This document shows, piece after piece, positions 25,658 to 38,518 of a DNA stretch of 64,000 nucleotides; within the stretch, counting starts at the first letter, position 1; every line of letters starts with the position of its first letter. The notes below the pieces were generated by a model that searched no databases, was not told the origin of the DNA, and saw only the letters and a program-made list of their open reading frames with translations. Where the stretch lies: the NCBI RefSeq assembly GCF_006345805.1, contig NC_043018.1:22940001-23004000 (forward strand). Reading direction: 5' to 3'. The translations under genes were made by a program, and so were the position numbers. The DNA is from Octopus sinensis (taxonomy: Eukaryota).

Positions 25658-26283
25658 AGTAGTTGAATGTCGAATTAACCGATACCTGGGTAGCAAATTC
25701 ACATCAGCAAAAAACACGGTTGAAGTTACGTGCCTAGGGCATATCTTACGTGCTTTCATGTGGAAATTTGTATTACTGCTATGGGCTCCGTGTGAGCAAT
25801 CATCTGAAAGTTTTTTGTGCATTTTGATGTTGACATAAGTTCCTTGCTTTTCCTGATGAGAAAGTGGCATAATGTACTCCTTATTCCTTCGCAATTAGGA
25901 ATATGCAGCCTTCGAAACATATGTCGAAAATAAAGGAATTTTGTTAATTCGTCGTTCAGCTCCATTCTTTCATATATATATATATGTGTATATTGTGAGT
26001 GTGTGGGGGTTAACTTTGCTAAATACATATTGTTGTAGAATATAAGCATCAGTGAGGAAGCTGAGAATTAAAAAACACTCACTTTATGGACCAGTTCCTT
26101 TACATCCAGTTAGTCACTAACTAGTCACTCTCTTCATCAGAGATTGACTCTGGAAACCCCGTTACCAAAATTCATAAATCCATGCCTCCTCCCACCCACC
26201 AACCCCCAACCATCTCCCACATCTCCAGCGATGTCCTTCTTGTCAAAAACTACCATCGTCATTGTTGTTTCTTTTCATTACAG

Positions 26284-26371
26284 AGATGCTGCCCGGTCTG
26301 CTCCGTCTTTTGGTGACCGACAAAGCTACCAGTTACCCCCTGGTGCCCTCGGACTTGCTGACAGAGCTGTT
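26284..26371 (+). CDS. ALAD: ALAD coding exon E (active-site lid)
   Basis: Acceptor ttacag, donor gtaagt. Encodes (R)[29 protein letters not shown]. Confidence 0.97.
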
Positions 26372-26403
26372 GTAAGTATAGTCTCTCTACACTACTCTTT
26401 CAT

Positions 26404-26785
26404 GGCGAGCTGGCAAAAACGTTAGGAACGCCGGGCGAAATGCTTAGTGGTATTTCGTCTGTCGTTATGTTCTGAGTTCAAATTCCGCCAAGGTCGACTT
26501 TGCCTTTCATCCTCTTGGGGTCGATAAATAAAGTACCAGTTTTCGCACTGGGGTCGATGTAATCGACTTAATCCCTTTTTCTGTCCTTGTTTGTCCTCTC
26601 TGTATTTCGTCTGCCGTTACGTTCTGAGTTCAAATTCCGCCGAGGTCAACTTTGCCTTTCATCCTCTTGGGGTCGATAAATAAAGTACCAGTTTTCACAC
26701 TGGGTCGATGTAATCGACTTAATCCCTTTTTCTGTCCTTGTTTGTCCTCTCTGTGTTTAGCCCCTTGTGGATAGTAAAGAAATAT
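26404..26785 (+). mobile_element. Family 2 SINE dimer in ALAD intron E-F
   Basis: Head plus two units, starting ~30 nt after the exon E donor. Confidence 0.85.
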
Positions 26786-27330
26786 ACTCTTTCATGTTTG
26801 TCTCTCTCTCTGTCTTGTTCTTTCATCCTCCCTCCCTCCCCTCTCCTCTCTCTCTCTCTCTCTCTCTACTCGTTTCTATCTTTCTCTTTTCAATATTCTC
26901 TTTCCCAACTCTTGTGTTTTGACTGTGTCTTTCTCTCTACTTCTTTGTCTTCCTCTCTCTAGTCTTTCTCTTTCTCTACTTCTTCTGTATGTGTCTCTAT
27001 GTCTCTCTACTTCTTTCTGTATCCAATTTTCTCTTTTGTTACTCCTATGCATAAGTATATATGAGTATGTGTGTGTTTGTGTCTCTCTCTCTCTCTCTTT
27101 GTCTCCTTTTCATTTACCTCTCTTTCTATCATTCTCTCTCTCTCTCTCTATCTCTTTTTCTGCTTTGTGTCTCTCTCTCTCTCTCTCTTCCTTTGTCTCC
27201 TTTTCATTTACCTCTCTTTCTATCATTCTCTCTCTCTATCTCTTTTTCTGCTCATGTGCTTGAATATAAGTCTGTCTTATATTTCTCTCTGTCGATGTGT
27301 GTGTATATCTTTGTTTACATCTCTCTCTCC
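26780..27330. repeat. CT-rich low-complexity tract with an internal ~85-bp duplication
   Basis: The segment ctttgtctccttttcatttacctctctttctatcattctctc occurs at ~27097 and again at ~27190. Confidence 0.85.
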
Positions 27331-27585
27331 CCAATGGTTTTCATAATCATAGTCGGTGATATAGCTTGCAGCAGGCCTTGTTCCGTACGCAGCATTGAAA
27401 TGTCAACAACAATGACAAAATATCAATGTCTGTCATTCAGAGAAGGGACCTGATGTGAGTTGTCTCCTTTGAATGTGACTTACTTTCAGGTGTGCTTTTA
27501 CACTTAGGTGCATTGAAAATATATTCTCTTACCCCTATGACAAAACTGACCCACAAACTAGCAACACACGCTTTATGTGTTTGTG

Positions 27586-27890
27586 GGGCGCAATGGCCCA
27601 GTGGTTAGGGCAGCGGACTCGCGGTCGTAGGATCGCGGTTTCGATTCCCATACCGGGCGTTGTGAGTGTTTATTGAGCGGAAACACCTTAAAGCTCCACG
27701 AGGCTTCGGCAGGGGGTGGTGATCCTTGCTGTACTCTTTCACCACTCTTTCTCTCACTCTTTCTTCTATTGGCCTGCTCGCTTAGCCAGCAGGGTGGCGT
27801 CATTCGAAGGTTAAAACAATGCGAATGCATTGTGACCAGCGATGTGTAACAACATCTGATGGTCTGGTCGGTCACGTGATCACGTGATAT
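27586..27890 (+). mobile_element. Family 3 head joined to a different 3' tail
   Basis: Matches 23520 for ~180 nt, then switches to ...gcattgtgaccagcgatgtg...ggtcggtcacgtgat(TA)n. Confidence 0.8.
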
Positions 27891-28200
27891 ATCTATATAT
27901 ATATATATCACCGCGACCGACCAGGCTATCAGATGTTGCTACACATCGCTGGTCACAATGCATTTCACAATGCATTTCACATAATAATTATATTGTCTAC
28001 GAAAGCGATTCACAAGGCTTTGGTCAACCCAGAGCTCTAGTAGAAGACACTTGCTTAGGGTGCCGTGCTGTGGGAATGAACTCAAAATCATGTGCTTGGG
28101 AAGCAGTTGCTTTAACCATATAGCCACAATTACACCTCTATACCTATATGTGTTTGTTCTGTGGGTAATTCTTAAAATCTTTATCTGTCTGTTTGTCTAG

Positions 28201-28287
28201 GAGCGTGATATTGAAGAAGGTGCTGATATGATTATGGTGAAACCTGGTTTGCCATATTTAGACGTAGTACAACAAATTCGGTCAAAG
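28201..28287 (+). CDS. ALAD: ALAD coding exon F (Schiff-base Lys)
   Basis: Acceptor gtctag, donor gtgagt. Encodes [29 protein letters not shown], with the EGADxxMVKPG signature. Confidence 0.98.
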
Positions 28288-29356
28288 GTGAGTTCTTTCT
28301 CTTCCGGTCTGTTTGTGCATCTTATCTGTCTGTCTATCCATCTCTCTCTCTCTCTCTCTTTGATACAAGTTTTCTCTGACCAGCTTAATAACCGTTTAGC
28401 ATTTAAACCATTTAAACTGGCCCTAATATTCTATGTGTTTTATGCTAAAACTGACCAGATCCGGCCTCTCACACTTCCCCTACAATGTCATTCTAAAAAT
28501 ATACAATCACATTTACACTTTTGGAGTGGTTGGCATCAGGAAGAGCATCCAGCTGTAGAACCTTGCCAAATCAGATTGGAACCTGGTGCGGCTCACCAGA
28601 TAACCAGTTTTCAGTCAAACCGTCCGACCCGTGCCAGAATGGAAAACAGATGGTTGACCCTTCAGCATTTATACCAGCCATATCCAACCAAAATATTGTC
28701 CCTTTTTTTCTGTTCAAACCAGCCAGATCTGGTCTCTCACACCTACCCTTCAATGTCATTCTAAAAATAAACAAGTCACATCATCAATATCTTGAAGCTA
28801 TGAGATAATGTATGAGCGTCCATGCTAGTGGCACATAAAAAGTGGCACACTACACTCTTGGAGTGGTTGGCATTAGGAAGGGCGTCCAGCTGTAGAAACC
28901 ATGCCAAGTCAGATTGGAACCTGGTGCAGCTCCCTGGCTTACCAGTTTTCAGTCAAACCATCCAACCCATGCCAGCATGGAAAGTGAACATTAGTTAGTT
29001 AGTTAATTTTTTGGCTCAAAAAGCAAAAAAGCAAGGCCATGTAGGAGGACATGGAGTTATGTACAGGGTGGTGTTCATGTAAAGAGGTCAGGCCACTTGT
29101 GGTCAAGGGAGACTTTGAACTGAGCGGTCGTCGGCATCTTCACCATCTCGTCCGGCATCATCATCATTGAAATCTTGAAGCTGCAAGACGATGCAGAATT
29201 AATTCAAAACGATGTGAATAAAAAAGCATTATATTCGAGAAAGAAACCTAAATGGTTAAGTAAACAAGTGGGACTTTAAGCAAATTCCCACTGTAAAAGG
29301 TTTGAGGGGTTGCTCCCTAACTGAAAATCGGACTTTGGCATTTTCTTCTGCTGATA

Positions 29357-29764
29357 TACTCTCTTTTACTCTTTTACTCTTTTACTTGTTTCAGTCATTA
29401 GACTGCGGACATGCTGGAGCACCGCCTTTAATCGAGCAACTCGAACCCAGGACTTATTCTTTTGTAAGCCCAGTACTTATTCTATCGGTCTCTTTTGCCG
29501 AACCGCTAAGTAACGGGGACATAAACACACCAGCATCGGTTGTTAAGCAATGCTAGGGGACAAACACATACACACGCATATATATATATATACATATATG
29601 CGACGGGCTTCTTTCAGTTTCCGTCTACCAAATCCACTCACAAGTCTTTGGTCGGCCCGAGGCTATAGTAGAAGACACTTGCCCAAGATGCCACGCAGTG
29701 GGACTGAACCCGGAACTATGTGATTGGTAGACAAGCTACTTACCACACAGCCACTCCTGCGCCT
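29357..29764 (-). mobile_element. Family 1 SINE in ALAD intron F-G
   Basis: Full-length copy in inverted orientation. Confidence 0.9.
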
Positions 29765-29890
29765 ATGAAAACATGAAAACATTTTTTGTTTGTTTTTTTT
29801 TCTTTATATATTTCTATTTTTTAATCTTTTGTCTCCTCCCTCCATCTTATTATTAAATCGCTATATTGTTGTTGTTGGTGTTGTTTATAG

Positions 29891-30020
29891 TATCCATCAC
29901 ATCCGTTAGCTGTTTATCAAGTGTCTGGAGAATATTCTATGCTGCATTATGCCGCTAAGGCAGGAGTCTTTAATCTGAAGCAAGTTGTCTTGGAGACATT
30001 AACTGGGATGCGACGTGCAG
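29891..30020 (+). CDS. ALAD: ALAD coding exon G
   Basis: Acceptor ttatag, donor gtaagt. Encodes YPSHPLAVYQVSGEYSMLHYAAKAGVFNLKQVVLETLTGMRRA(G), with the AVYQVSGEY motif. Confidence 0.98.
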
Positions 30021-30738
30021 GTAAGTTTTTTTTTTTTTTATCTTATTTCTGTGGCTTCTATCTTTATAGAATCATAATTGGTTTTGGACATCCATGCACA
30101 CACACACACACACATATGCAAACATTGAAATGGACTTCATGACTATGACGAGATGGTTTCAAGACTTGTGGAAAAATGTTCTATTGCCAAGCTATCCAAT
30201 CCTTCCGTACATTGCCAAACTTTACTACTACTATTGCTACCACCACCACCACTACCACCACTAGTTATAATGATGCTGTAGCTATTACTCTGGGTGTCTT
30301 TATGTCCTTGTAACTTAGTAGCTCAGCAAAAGAGGCTGATAAAATAAGTACTAGGTTTAAGATGTAAGTCCTAGGGTCGATTTATTCGACTTAAAACCCT
30401 TCAAGGTGGTTCCAGCGCGATCAGAGTTAAATGGCTGAAACAAGCAAAAGAATATATATATATATATTGTTGTATTTGGGGATGGTCATGTTGCTAGTTT
30501 GGCCAATGAAAACTCACACATATATATTTGTTCACTTGCTTGAGCTTTATTTCATATTAATTCTATTTCGGCCAGAGTTCTTTCGTCACACTTTTGTGAG
30601 CTCATCAGTTTTTAATTCAATGACATTTTTTATAAAAAAAAATATAAATCTAACTCATTTTCCTTCGTTAATTACAAGTCATTAACACATGGTTTTTAAT
30701 TTAGGATACATATCTAAATATTATTTTATTTATATATA

Positions 30739-30769
<31 letters not shown>

Positions 30770-32835
30770 CAAAATAATTAAGGAAAAGTCATTAGGGATG
30801 AGGTGCTAATGAGTGCCTGTTGTCTTTTCCTCATTTGCTTTCCTTTTTGGCTGAAAGAACTCTGGCTGAAATAAAGCTGAAGCAAACGAACACCAAAGAT
30901 ATGTATATATATATATATATTATATATATATAAATATATAAAAGAGAGAGAGAACGAGCAGAAGTTACTTAATCAAGGTGTCATTGCGCTGGGCCGAATT
31001 TGGAGTGAAGAAAGAAATGCAAAGCTGACCTCTGCTGGCGTTGGCACTTCTAAGTCAAGGGGCATAACTCGATGTTTGCAGATATTTTTGTCAGTGTTCT
31101 CTTAACTGACATAGTCTACCAACAGCCAATCGCTTCTGTTTTAATCATCATCGTCGTTTTAACGTTCACTTTTCCATACTTGCATGGGTCAGACGGAATT
31201 TATTGAGGTAGATTTTGTATGGCTGGTTGTTCTTCTTTTCATGTTGCTTCTGTCCACTTGGCTGTAAATGGGTAACTTTGTGACAAATTGGTGTACAAGG
31301 GTGAGATGGGGATTCAGCACAATCACTCAAACCAATGTCTCACAAGCCTCGTTTTGTATTTGATGAAGGCACATGCATGGCTTAGGGGTCAGGCTTAATC
31401 CACAATCATAAGGCTATGAGTTTGACTCTTGGCAGCACATTTTGTCCTTGAGCAAGACACTTTATTTCACATTGCTCCAAGTCCACTCAGCTGGCAAAAA
31501 TAAGTTTTACCTGGAATTCAAAAGGGGCAGCCATGTTACAGTATATCTCTGTGAGAACTACATTATGGGTATATGCGTCTGTGGTGTACTCAGCCACTTG
31601 TGTGTTAATTTCGCAAGCAGGTTCCATTGATTGAATTGACTGGGTACACTTATTGTAACTGAGAGAGAGAGCAAGGCCTTCAGCAATCAAAAGTACTGTA
31701 AATCCCAGCTGGTTGGTATTAGTTGTTCAACCACATCGAGATATACATCATCATCATCATAATCATCATCATCTTACGTCCATTTTCCTTGCTGGCATGG
31801 GTTGGATGGTTTGACTGAAAACTGGTAAGCTGGGAGGCTGCACCAGGCTTCAGTCTGATTTGGCATGGTTTCTACGGCTGGATGCCCTTCCTAATGCCAA
31901 CCACTCCAAGAGCGTAATGGGTGCTTTTTATATGTCACCAGCACAGGTTCCAGTTACGAAACACCCACACTGGCCATAACTATGGTCTTACTTGGCTTGA
32001 TAGGTCTTCTCAAGCATGGTATATTTAAGGCGGCGAGCTGGCAGAAATGTTAGCACGCCGGGCGAAATGCTTTGTGGTATTTCGTCCGCCGCGGCGTTCT
32101 GAGTTCAAATTCCACCGAGGTCAACTTTGCCTTTCATCCTATCATCATCATCATCATCGTTTAACGTCCGTTCTCCAAGCTAGCATGGGTTGGACGGTTC
32201 GACCGGGGATCTGGGAAGCCAGAAGGCTGCACCAGGCTCCAGTCTTATCTGGCAATGTTTCTACAGCTGGATGCCCTTCCTAACGCCAACCCTCCGTGAG
32301 TGCTGTGGGTGCTTTTTACGTGCCACCTGCACAGGTGCCAGGCGAGGCTGGCAACAGCCACGGTCGGATTGGTGTATTTTATGTGCCACCAGCACGGAAG
32401 CCAGTCGAGTCGGCGCTGGCATCGGCCACGAGTCGGATAGTGCTTTTTACGTACCACCAGACCAGGGATCCTGGCTGGTTCAATTCGATTTCGATTTTGC
32501 TTGCCCCAACATGTCTTTGCAAGCAAAGGGGGCTTTCAGGGTCGATAAATTAAGTACCAGTGACGCACTGGGGTCGATGTAATCAACTTAATCCGTTTGT
32601 CTGTCCTTGTTTGTCCCCTCTGTGTTTAGCCCGTTGTGGGTAGTAAAGAAATAGGTATATTACCAAAGATCTCGGTGGTCTCCCGCACTTGTCACTGCCT
32701 CCGTGAGGCCCAAAGTTCAAACTGTGCTTTTGATGTTTACTACTTCAGTTATTCTTTACATTTGTTGCCATTTCAGTTTTCCCTGCTTGTTTATCCTTCT
32801 TTACACCTGCTCTGTCAATTTCTTTCTATTTACAG

Positions 32836-32906
32836 GTGCTGTGATGTTGATTACGTATTTTGCACCTGACGTCTTAGAGTGGTTATCTGATCCCTGCAAG
32901 AAGTGA
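32836..32906 (+). CDS. ALAD: ALAD last coding exon H with stop codon
   Basis: Acceptor ttacag. Encodes (G)AVMLITYFAPDVLEWLSDPCKK then TGA at 32904-32906, matching the PBGS C-terminus GADIIITYY.P.LL.WL. Confidence 0.95.
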
Positions 32907-33075
32907 AGAACAAGACATGCGCCATTTCACAGCAGCACAGACACAACACAAAACCATCCATGTTGGGCAGTTAATGATGTTGATGAGGAAGCAAATCTTC
33001 ATTTTTGTTTGTGTGTGTGTTTCTCTGTTTTCCTTCACTTTATTTCATTATCTCATTATCATTTACAACAACAAC

Positions 33076-33081
33076 AATAAA
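33076..33081 (+). terminator. Candidate ALAD polyadenylation signal AATAAA
   Basis: First AATAAA, about 170 nt after the stop, with a T/GT-rich tract ~25-45 nt downstream. It overlaps an A-run, so it is uncertain. Confidence 0.4.
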
Positions 33082-33248
33082 AAAAAACATTCATTTAAAA
33101 GGATTTTTTTTTTAGTTGGTGATGGGTGATACACTTTATATTTTGTTCTTCAATGACATTTTTTATAAAAAAAATATAAATCTAACTCATTTTCCTGCGT
33201 TAATTACAAGTCATTAACACATGGTTTTTAATTTAGGATACATATCTA

Positions 33249-33294
<46 letters not shown>

Positions 33295-33612
33295 ATGATT
33301 AAGGAAAAGTCATTAGGGATGAGGTGCTAATGAGTGCCTGTTGTCTTTTCCTCTTTTTTTGAGTAGTTTATTTAAATTAAATTTTGTTTAATTATTTTAA
33401 TTTTTCCCTCTCCTATGTCCCTCCATGCACTTCATAAATTGTTGACATACATTAGTATTCTAGTTTTTTATGTACTTGTATAATCAAGTGACTATATCTT
33501 CCCTCACCCCTGTCTTAGACCATACCCCTCCGACTCTGGAAATCTTACCCCCTTCCCCCCGAAAAAGGTTGGTCTTATCTGTGTCTTATTCAGAGAAGAC
33601 ACTGATATATAA

Positions 33613-33687
<75 letters not shown>

Positions 33688-34585
33688 CGAAAGTAAAAAT
33701 ATTTGATTACACTTGCGTTAAACTCCATTAATTTATTCATATATATATATATATGTATGTATGTATATATGTATATATATAAAATTTAATTTACTTGAAA
33801 AAATTTTTTTTACAATCTTATTCTAGATGTTTTAAAAATATTAAAGGATTAAGTTTCTTGAGTTTGGCGACGGTTTATTATTTTACAATAGTTTAAGTCG
33901 ATGTTTTTACATATATAAGCTTTCATATGGTCGTAAAGTGTTATCTGGCCCAACAGACTGGTTACACTGATGCACGTGTTGGCTGTGTGGACCTTCTTAG
34001 CAACTGTCTCTCATGCAAAAAGAAAAAGAAAGAAAAACAATAAAAATCAGCAAAAATGAAACATTTATATTAAAAATAAATTGCTTCTTTGAATGGGTAT
34101 GCTTATCTTTGGCTTAAATAGAACGGCCAGCATTGCATACATGAAAAAGCACTAATCTACAGTAAACTCCTCCCTGTTTGGCTTTCTATGGGACCAGAGG
34201 ATTAGCAAATCACTGAATATTCTGTTAAGTTATCTCTACAGATATTCCATGCAATTTAGAGCCAGCGCTGTGAATTTGTCTGATGATCACTTTTTAAATG
34301 ATCAGAGCACCTTACGAAATTCATTAATCTTTTAGCATTCAATGTCCCTCTGTCAGAAATGTAATGCTTATTAATCCTGCATTATATCATAGCTTTGAAA
34401 TTTCATCGATGTGATTGCCAGTGGCACGTAAAAGCACCCACTACACTCTCGGAGTGGTTGGCGTTAGGAAGGGCATCCAGCTGTAGAAACTCTGCCAGAT
34501 CAAGATTGAAGCCTGGTGCAGCCATCTGGTTCGCCAACCCTCAATCATTCATCCAACCCATGCTAGCATGGAAAGCGGACGTTAA

Positions 34586-34807
34586 CCCTTTAGCATTTAA
34601 ACCGGCCATATCCGGCCAAAAATATTCTGCCTGTTTTATGTTCAAACAGGCCAGATCTGGTCTCTCACACCAACCCTACAATATTGTTTTAAAAATTAAG
34701 AGCTACCTCATCAAAATCTCATAGCTACAAGATTAATGACTGATTAATTCAAAACAATGTGGATGAAGAAGCATTAATTTTGGCAGAATAATGCGAACAC
34801 TAAAGGG
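34586..34807. mobile_element. piggyBac-type MITE of the ~220-bp family
   Basis: TTAA TSDs at 34582-34585 and 34808-34811. It interrupts the motif gcggacgTTAAacgatgatg, which is intact at 17810-17830. Confidence 0.9.
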
Positions 34808-35069
34808 TTAAACAATGATGATGATGATGATTGTAGGGTAGGTGTGAGAGGCTGGATCCAGTCAGTTTGCATGTTTGTTCACATAAAACATGTAAAATAT
34901 TTTGAGCCAGATATGGTTAGTGTAAGTGCTAAAGGGTCAAGTTATTTGTCAGACCATTCTGCCAAATGTAATGCTTATTGATTCCTGCTGTTTTGAATTC
35001 ATCAGGCATTATCTCATAGCTTTAAAAATTTTGATGAAGCTATAGTGATTGTATATTTTTAGAATGATA

Positions 35070-35300
35070 GGCGGCGAGCTGGCAGAAACGTTAGCACGCC
35101 GGGCGAGATGCGTAGCCGTATTTCGTCTGTCGTTACGTTCTGAGTTCAAATTCCGCCGAGGTCGACTTTGCCTTTCATCCTTTCGGGGTCGATAAATTAA
35201 GTACCAGTTACGCACTGGGGTCGATATAATTGACTTAATCCGTTTGCCTGTCCTTGTTTGTCCACTCTGTGTTTAACCCCTTGTGGGCAGTAAAGAAATA
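35070..35300 (+). mobile_element. Family 2 SINE monomer
   Basis: A box tggcagaaacg, B box gagttcaaatt, body ctttgcctttcatcctttcggggtcgataaattaagtaccag. Other copies lie at 32030-32658 (interrupted), 39445-39680(-), 45001-45216, 49250-49640(-) and 62638-62870. Confidence 0.9.
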
Positions 35301-35516
35301 TTATATTTTTAGAATGATATTTTGACAGTTTGGACATAAAAAGGTACAATATTTGAGATGGGTTTGACCAGTTTAAATGTTCAAGTGTCAAAGCTCTGTA
35401 TATCATTGATATTCTGAATATTGTAGAAATGAGAGAAATAAGAAGAAATAATAAGTAGAATCCAAGAACCAAGTTTAATTTGACCTATTAAAATACAGAT
35501 ATTTTAAGTACATTAA

Positions 35517-35737
35517 CCCTTTAGCATTTAAACTGGCCATATCCGGCCAAAAGTATTCTGCCTGTTTTATGTTCAAACTGGACAGAACTGGTCTCTCACA
35601 CCAACCCTACAATATCGTTTTAAAAATGAACAGCTACCTCATCAAAATCTCATAGCTACAAGATAATGCATGATTAGCTCAAAACAAAGTGGATGAAGAA
35701 GCATTAATTTTGGCAGAATAATGTGAACACTAAAGGG
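35517..35737. mobile_element. piggyBac-type MITE of the ~220-bp family
   Basis: TTAA TSDs at 35513-35516 and 35738-35741; very similar to 34586-34807. Older partial copies lie near 24825-24990, 28390-28810 and 41478-42260. Confidence 0.9.
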
Positions 35738-36498
35738 TTAAAATAAGATACAGTACTGTAGTTTGAGAAGCAACAATCTGTTTTTGATTCAGTAGAAACT
35801 GTTTCTGCTAATAACACAAATTGGCTCAAATTCTCTTGTCTCTAATTAACAATTAATTTCCTTGTTTTTTTTTTTTTTTGTTTTTTTTCTTGGATGCCAA
35901 CTTGAGAACCCTGGTTATTTGAGTGCCAGATAAGAGGGAATTTACTGTAGTAGGGATTTTTTTTGTTTGATTTTAACATCAACCATAGTCTTTACCCAAA
36001 ATAAACCCCCGAACCAACCCATGGGTCTTTTTATGTTTTTTTTTTTCTACATCATCATCATCATCATCACCATCAACATTTAACATCCATTAAATATTGA
36101 TGATGTATTTAAAATAATTTAAGTGTAATATGGTTAAAACTCCAGTCAGTATTAATTTCTGACTCTGGATAATTTAGGGCACAAAGCGTTATAGATGATG
36201 GGGTCACAAGATGAATCACAGTCAGTGTAGTTCTATGAATGAGGAAAAATACGTTACCCTCCACACATTTAGAGGCAGAACATTCGGCAGCTGTTTTTTA
36301 TTTATTTTTATTTTATAAAAAATTTTTTTTTTTTAGATTATTTAACTTTTTTTTCACCCTTGTCCTCTATATTGTTTGGAATCTTATTTTTTCTTCTTTA
36401 TATTTTGGTCAGTTTTTGAAAAAGTGTAACAAGAATCCCACACATCCAAAAATGAATATGTGCATGAGTGTGTGTATATGTATGTCTGTGTGTGTGTG

Positions 36499-36539
<41 letters not shown>

Positions 36540-37004
36540 ATGCTGGTGGATATATATCATTTCCAAATCTGATCCATTCTTTGAACTGGACTTTGTTTTT
36601 TAAAAACTGGAGGGAAGGTACTGGTAGAGGTTCTTTTCTGTTTGTGTTTCTCTCTCTCTCTCTCTCTCTTTCTTAGATGTTCTGCCACTTGGTACCAATT
36701 CCACCCTAAAATCACACTCAACAGACATGGATTCATCTTGCCATTCTTGTTTTCAAAAGATTGTTCTTGTTATTTAATTACATTTTTCCTTTCCATTTTC
36801 ATCCCCTTTCCTCCACCCCACCCTCACATTTTCCCCCCTCTCACTTCCCTTCCACACAAAATTTTACCTCTGCCCACATCCAGCCCAGCACCTAAGACGA
36901 ACCCCCCTCCACACCCGCCCCAAATATTCATACATTATTTATTCACTATCTGTGAGTTCTTTTATAAAGAAATTTCTAATATTGTTGTTGTTGTTATTAT
37001 TATG

Positions 37005-37940
37005 AAGGTGGTGAGCTGGCAGAATCGTTAGCACACCGGGCGAAATGCTTAGCGCTATTTCATCTGTCCTTATGTTCTGAGTTCAAATTTCACCGAGGTC
37101 AACTTTGCCTTTCATCTTTTTGGGGTCAATAAATTAAATACCTATTGTGTATTGGAGTCGATCTAATCGACTGGTCCCTTCCCCCAAAATTTCAGACCTT
37201 GTGCCTATAATAGAAAGGATTATTATTACTATTATTATGGCAGCGGGCTGGCAGAATTGTTAGCACACGGAACAAAATGCTTAGCGGCATTTCATCCGCC
37301 TTTACATTCTGAGTTCAAGTTCCGCTGAGGTCTACTTTACCTTTCATCCTTTCAGGGTTGATAAAAATAAATACCAGTCATGCACTGGGGTCAGTGTAAA
37401 TTACTTTCCCCAAAATTTCAGGACTTGTGCCTGTAGTAGAAAGGATTATTATTATTATTATTATTATTATTATGGTTGTGGTGAGCTGGCAGAATCGTTA
37501 GCACACCAAGCGAAATGCTTAGCAGTATTTCGTCTGTGGCTATGTTCTGAGTTCAAATTCTGCCAAGGTCGACTTGGCCTTTCATCCTTTTGGAATTGAT
37601 AAATTAAGTACCAGTCAAGTACTGGGGTCAATGTGATTGACTTACCCCTCCCTACAAATTTCAGGCCTTGTGCCTATAATAGAAAGGATTATTATTATTA
37701 TTCTACTTAAGGCAAGCTGGCAGAGTTGTTAGTACACCGGGCAGAATGCTTGGTGGCATTTCATCTGTCTTTACTTTCTGAGTTCAAATTCTGCTAAGGT
37801 TGACTTTACTTTTCATCCTTTCAGGATGATAAAATAAGTACCAGTTGTACACTGGGGGCATGGTAATCGAATCACTCCTTCCCCCCCAAATTGTTGCTCT
37901 TGTGACAAAATTTAAAACCACCATTATTATTATTATTATT
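37005..37940 (+). mobile_element. Chain of four full-length family 2-related SINEs separated by (ATT)n
   Basis: Heads at ~37005, 37238, 37476 and 37709; units 1-3 end ...agaaaggatt(att)n, and unit 4 has a diverged end followed by (att)n. Confidence 0.88.
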
Positions 37941-38518
37941 TTCATTATTTGATATTTGATTTTTTTAAAAAGAACAAAAGGTGGGTTGGATTTAGTTCTC
38001 AGTAATAAAATGACTTTTTTTTCATGTTATGGCTTGTAATGTAAATAGTTGGGGTGGGGACAGGGATTTGCAGGGTGGGATATTAATTGAAATTTTTTTT
38101 TTTTATAATTTAAAGGTAAGAATAGCAATTCCTTGTATTTGTTTGTAGATGGTCTCTACCCTCTCCTCTTGCGTCCCCCCCCCAAATATGTTCCTCTGTA
38201 AATCCCTCCCCCTATTTTCCTTTTCTTTTTCCCCTCTTCCATCATTATTTTCATTTTTTAATCTACAATAAATATATTAAAAAAAAAAAAATTATTAGAA
38301 CAAATTTAACTACAAAGAAAACCAACATGAACCCCCACCCCCACTCCAATCTGCCTGCCCCTCCCCTTATTTCTCCAAATGCTATGTTGTATGAAATGTA
38401 AATAGAATTTATTGTACATTGCATATTTTGATATATATATTTGTCACAAGAAGACTATAGTAAAATTTTTATGTACCACAAATGTTTCTTGTTTTCATTA
38501 TACTTTAAAAAATTTATA

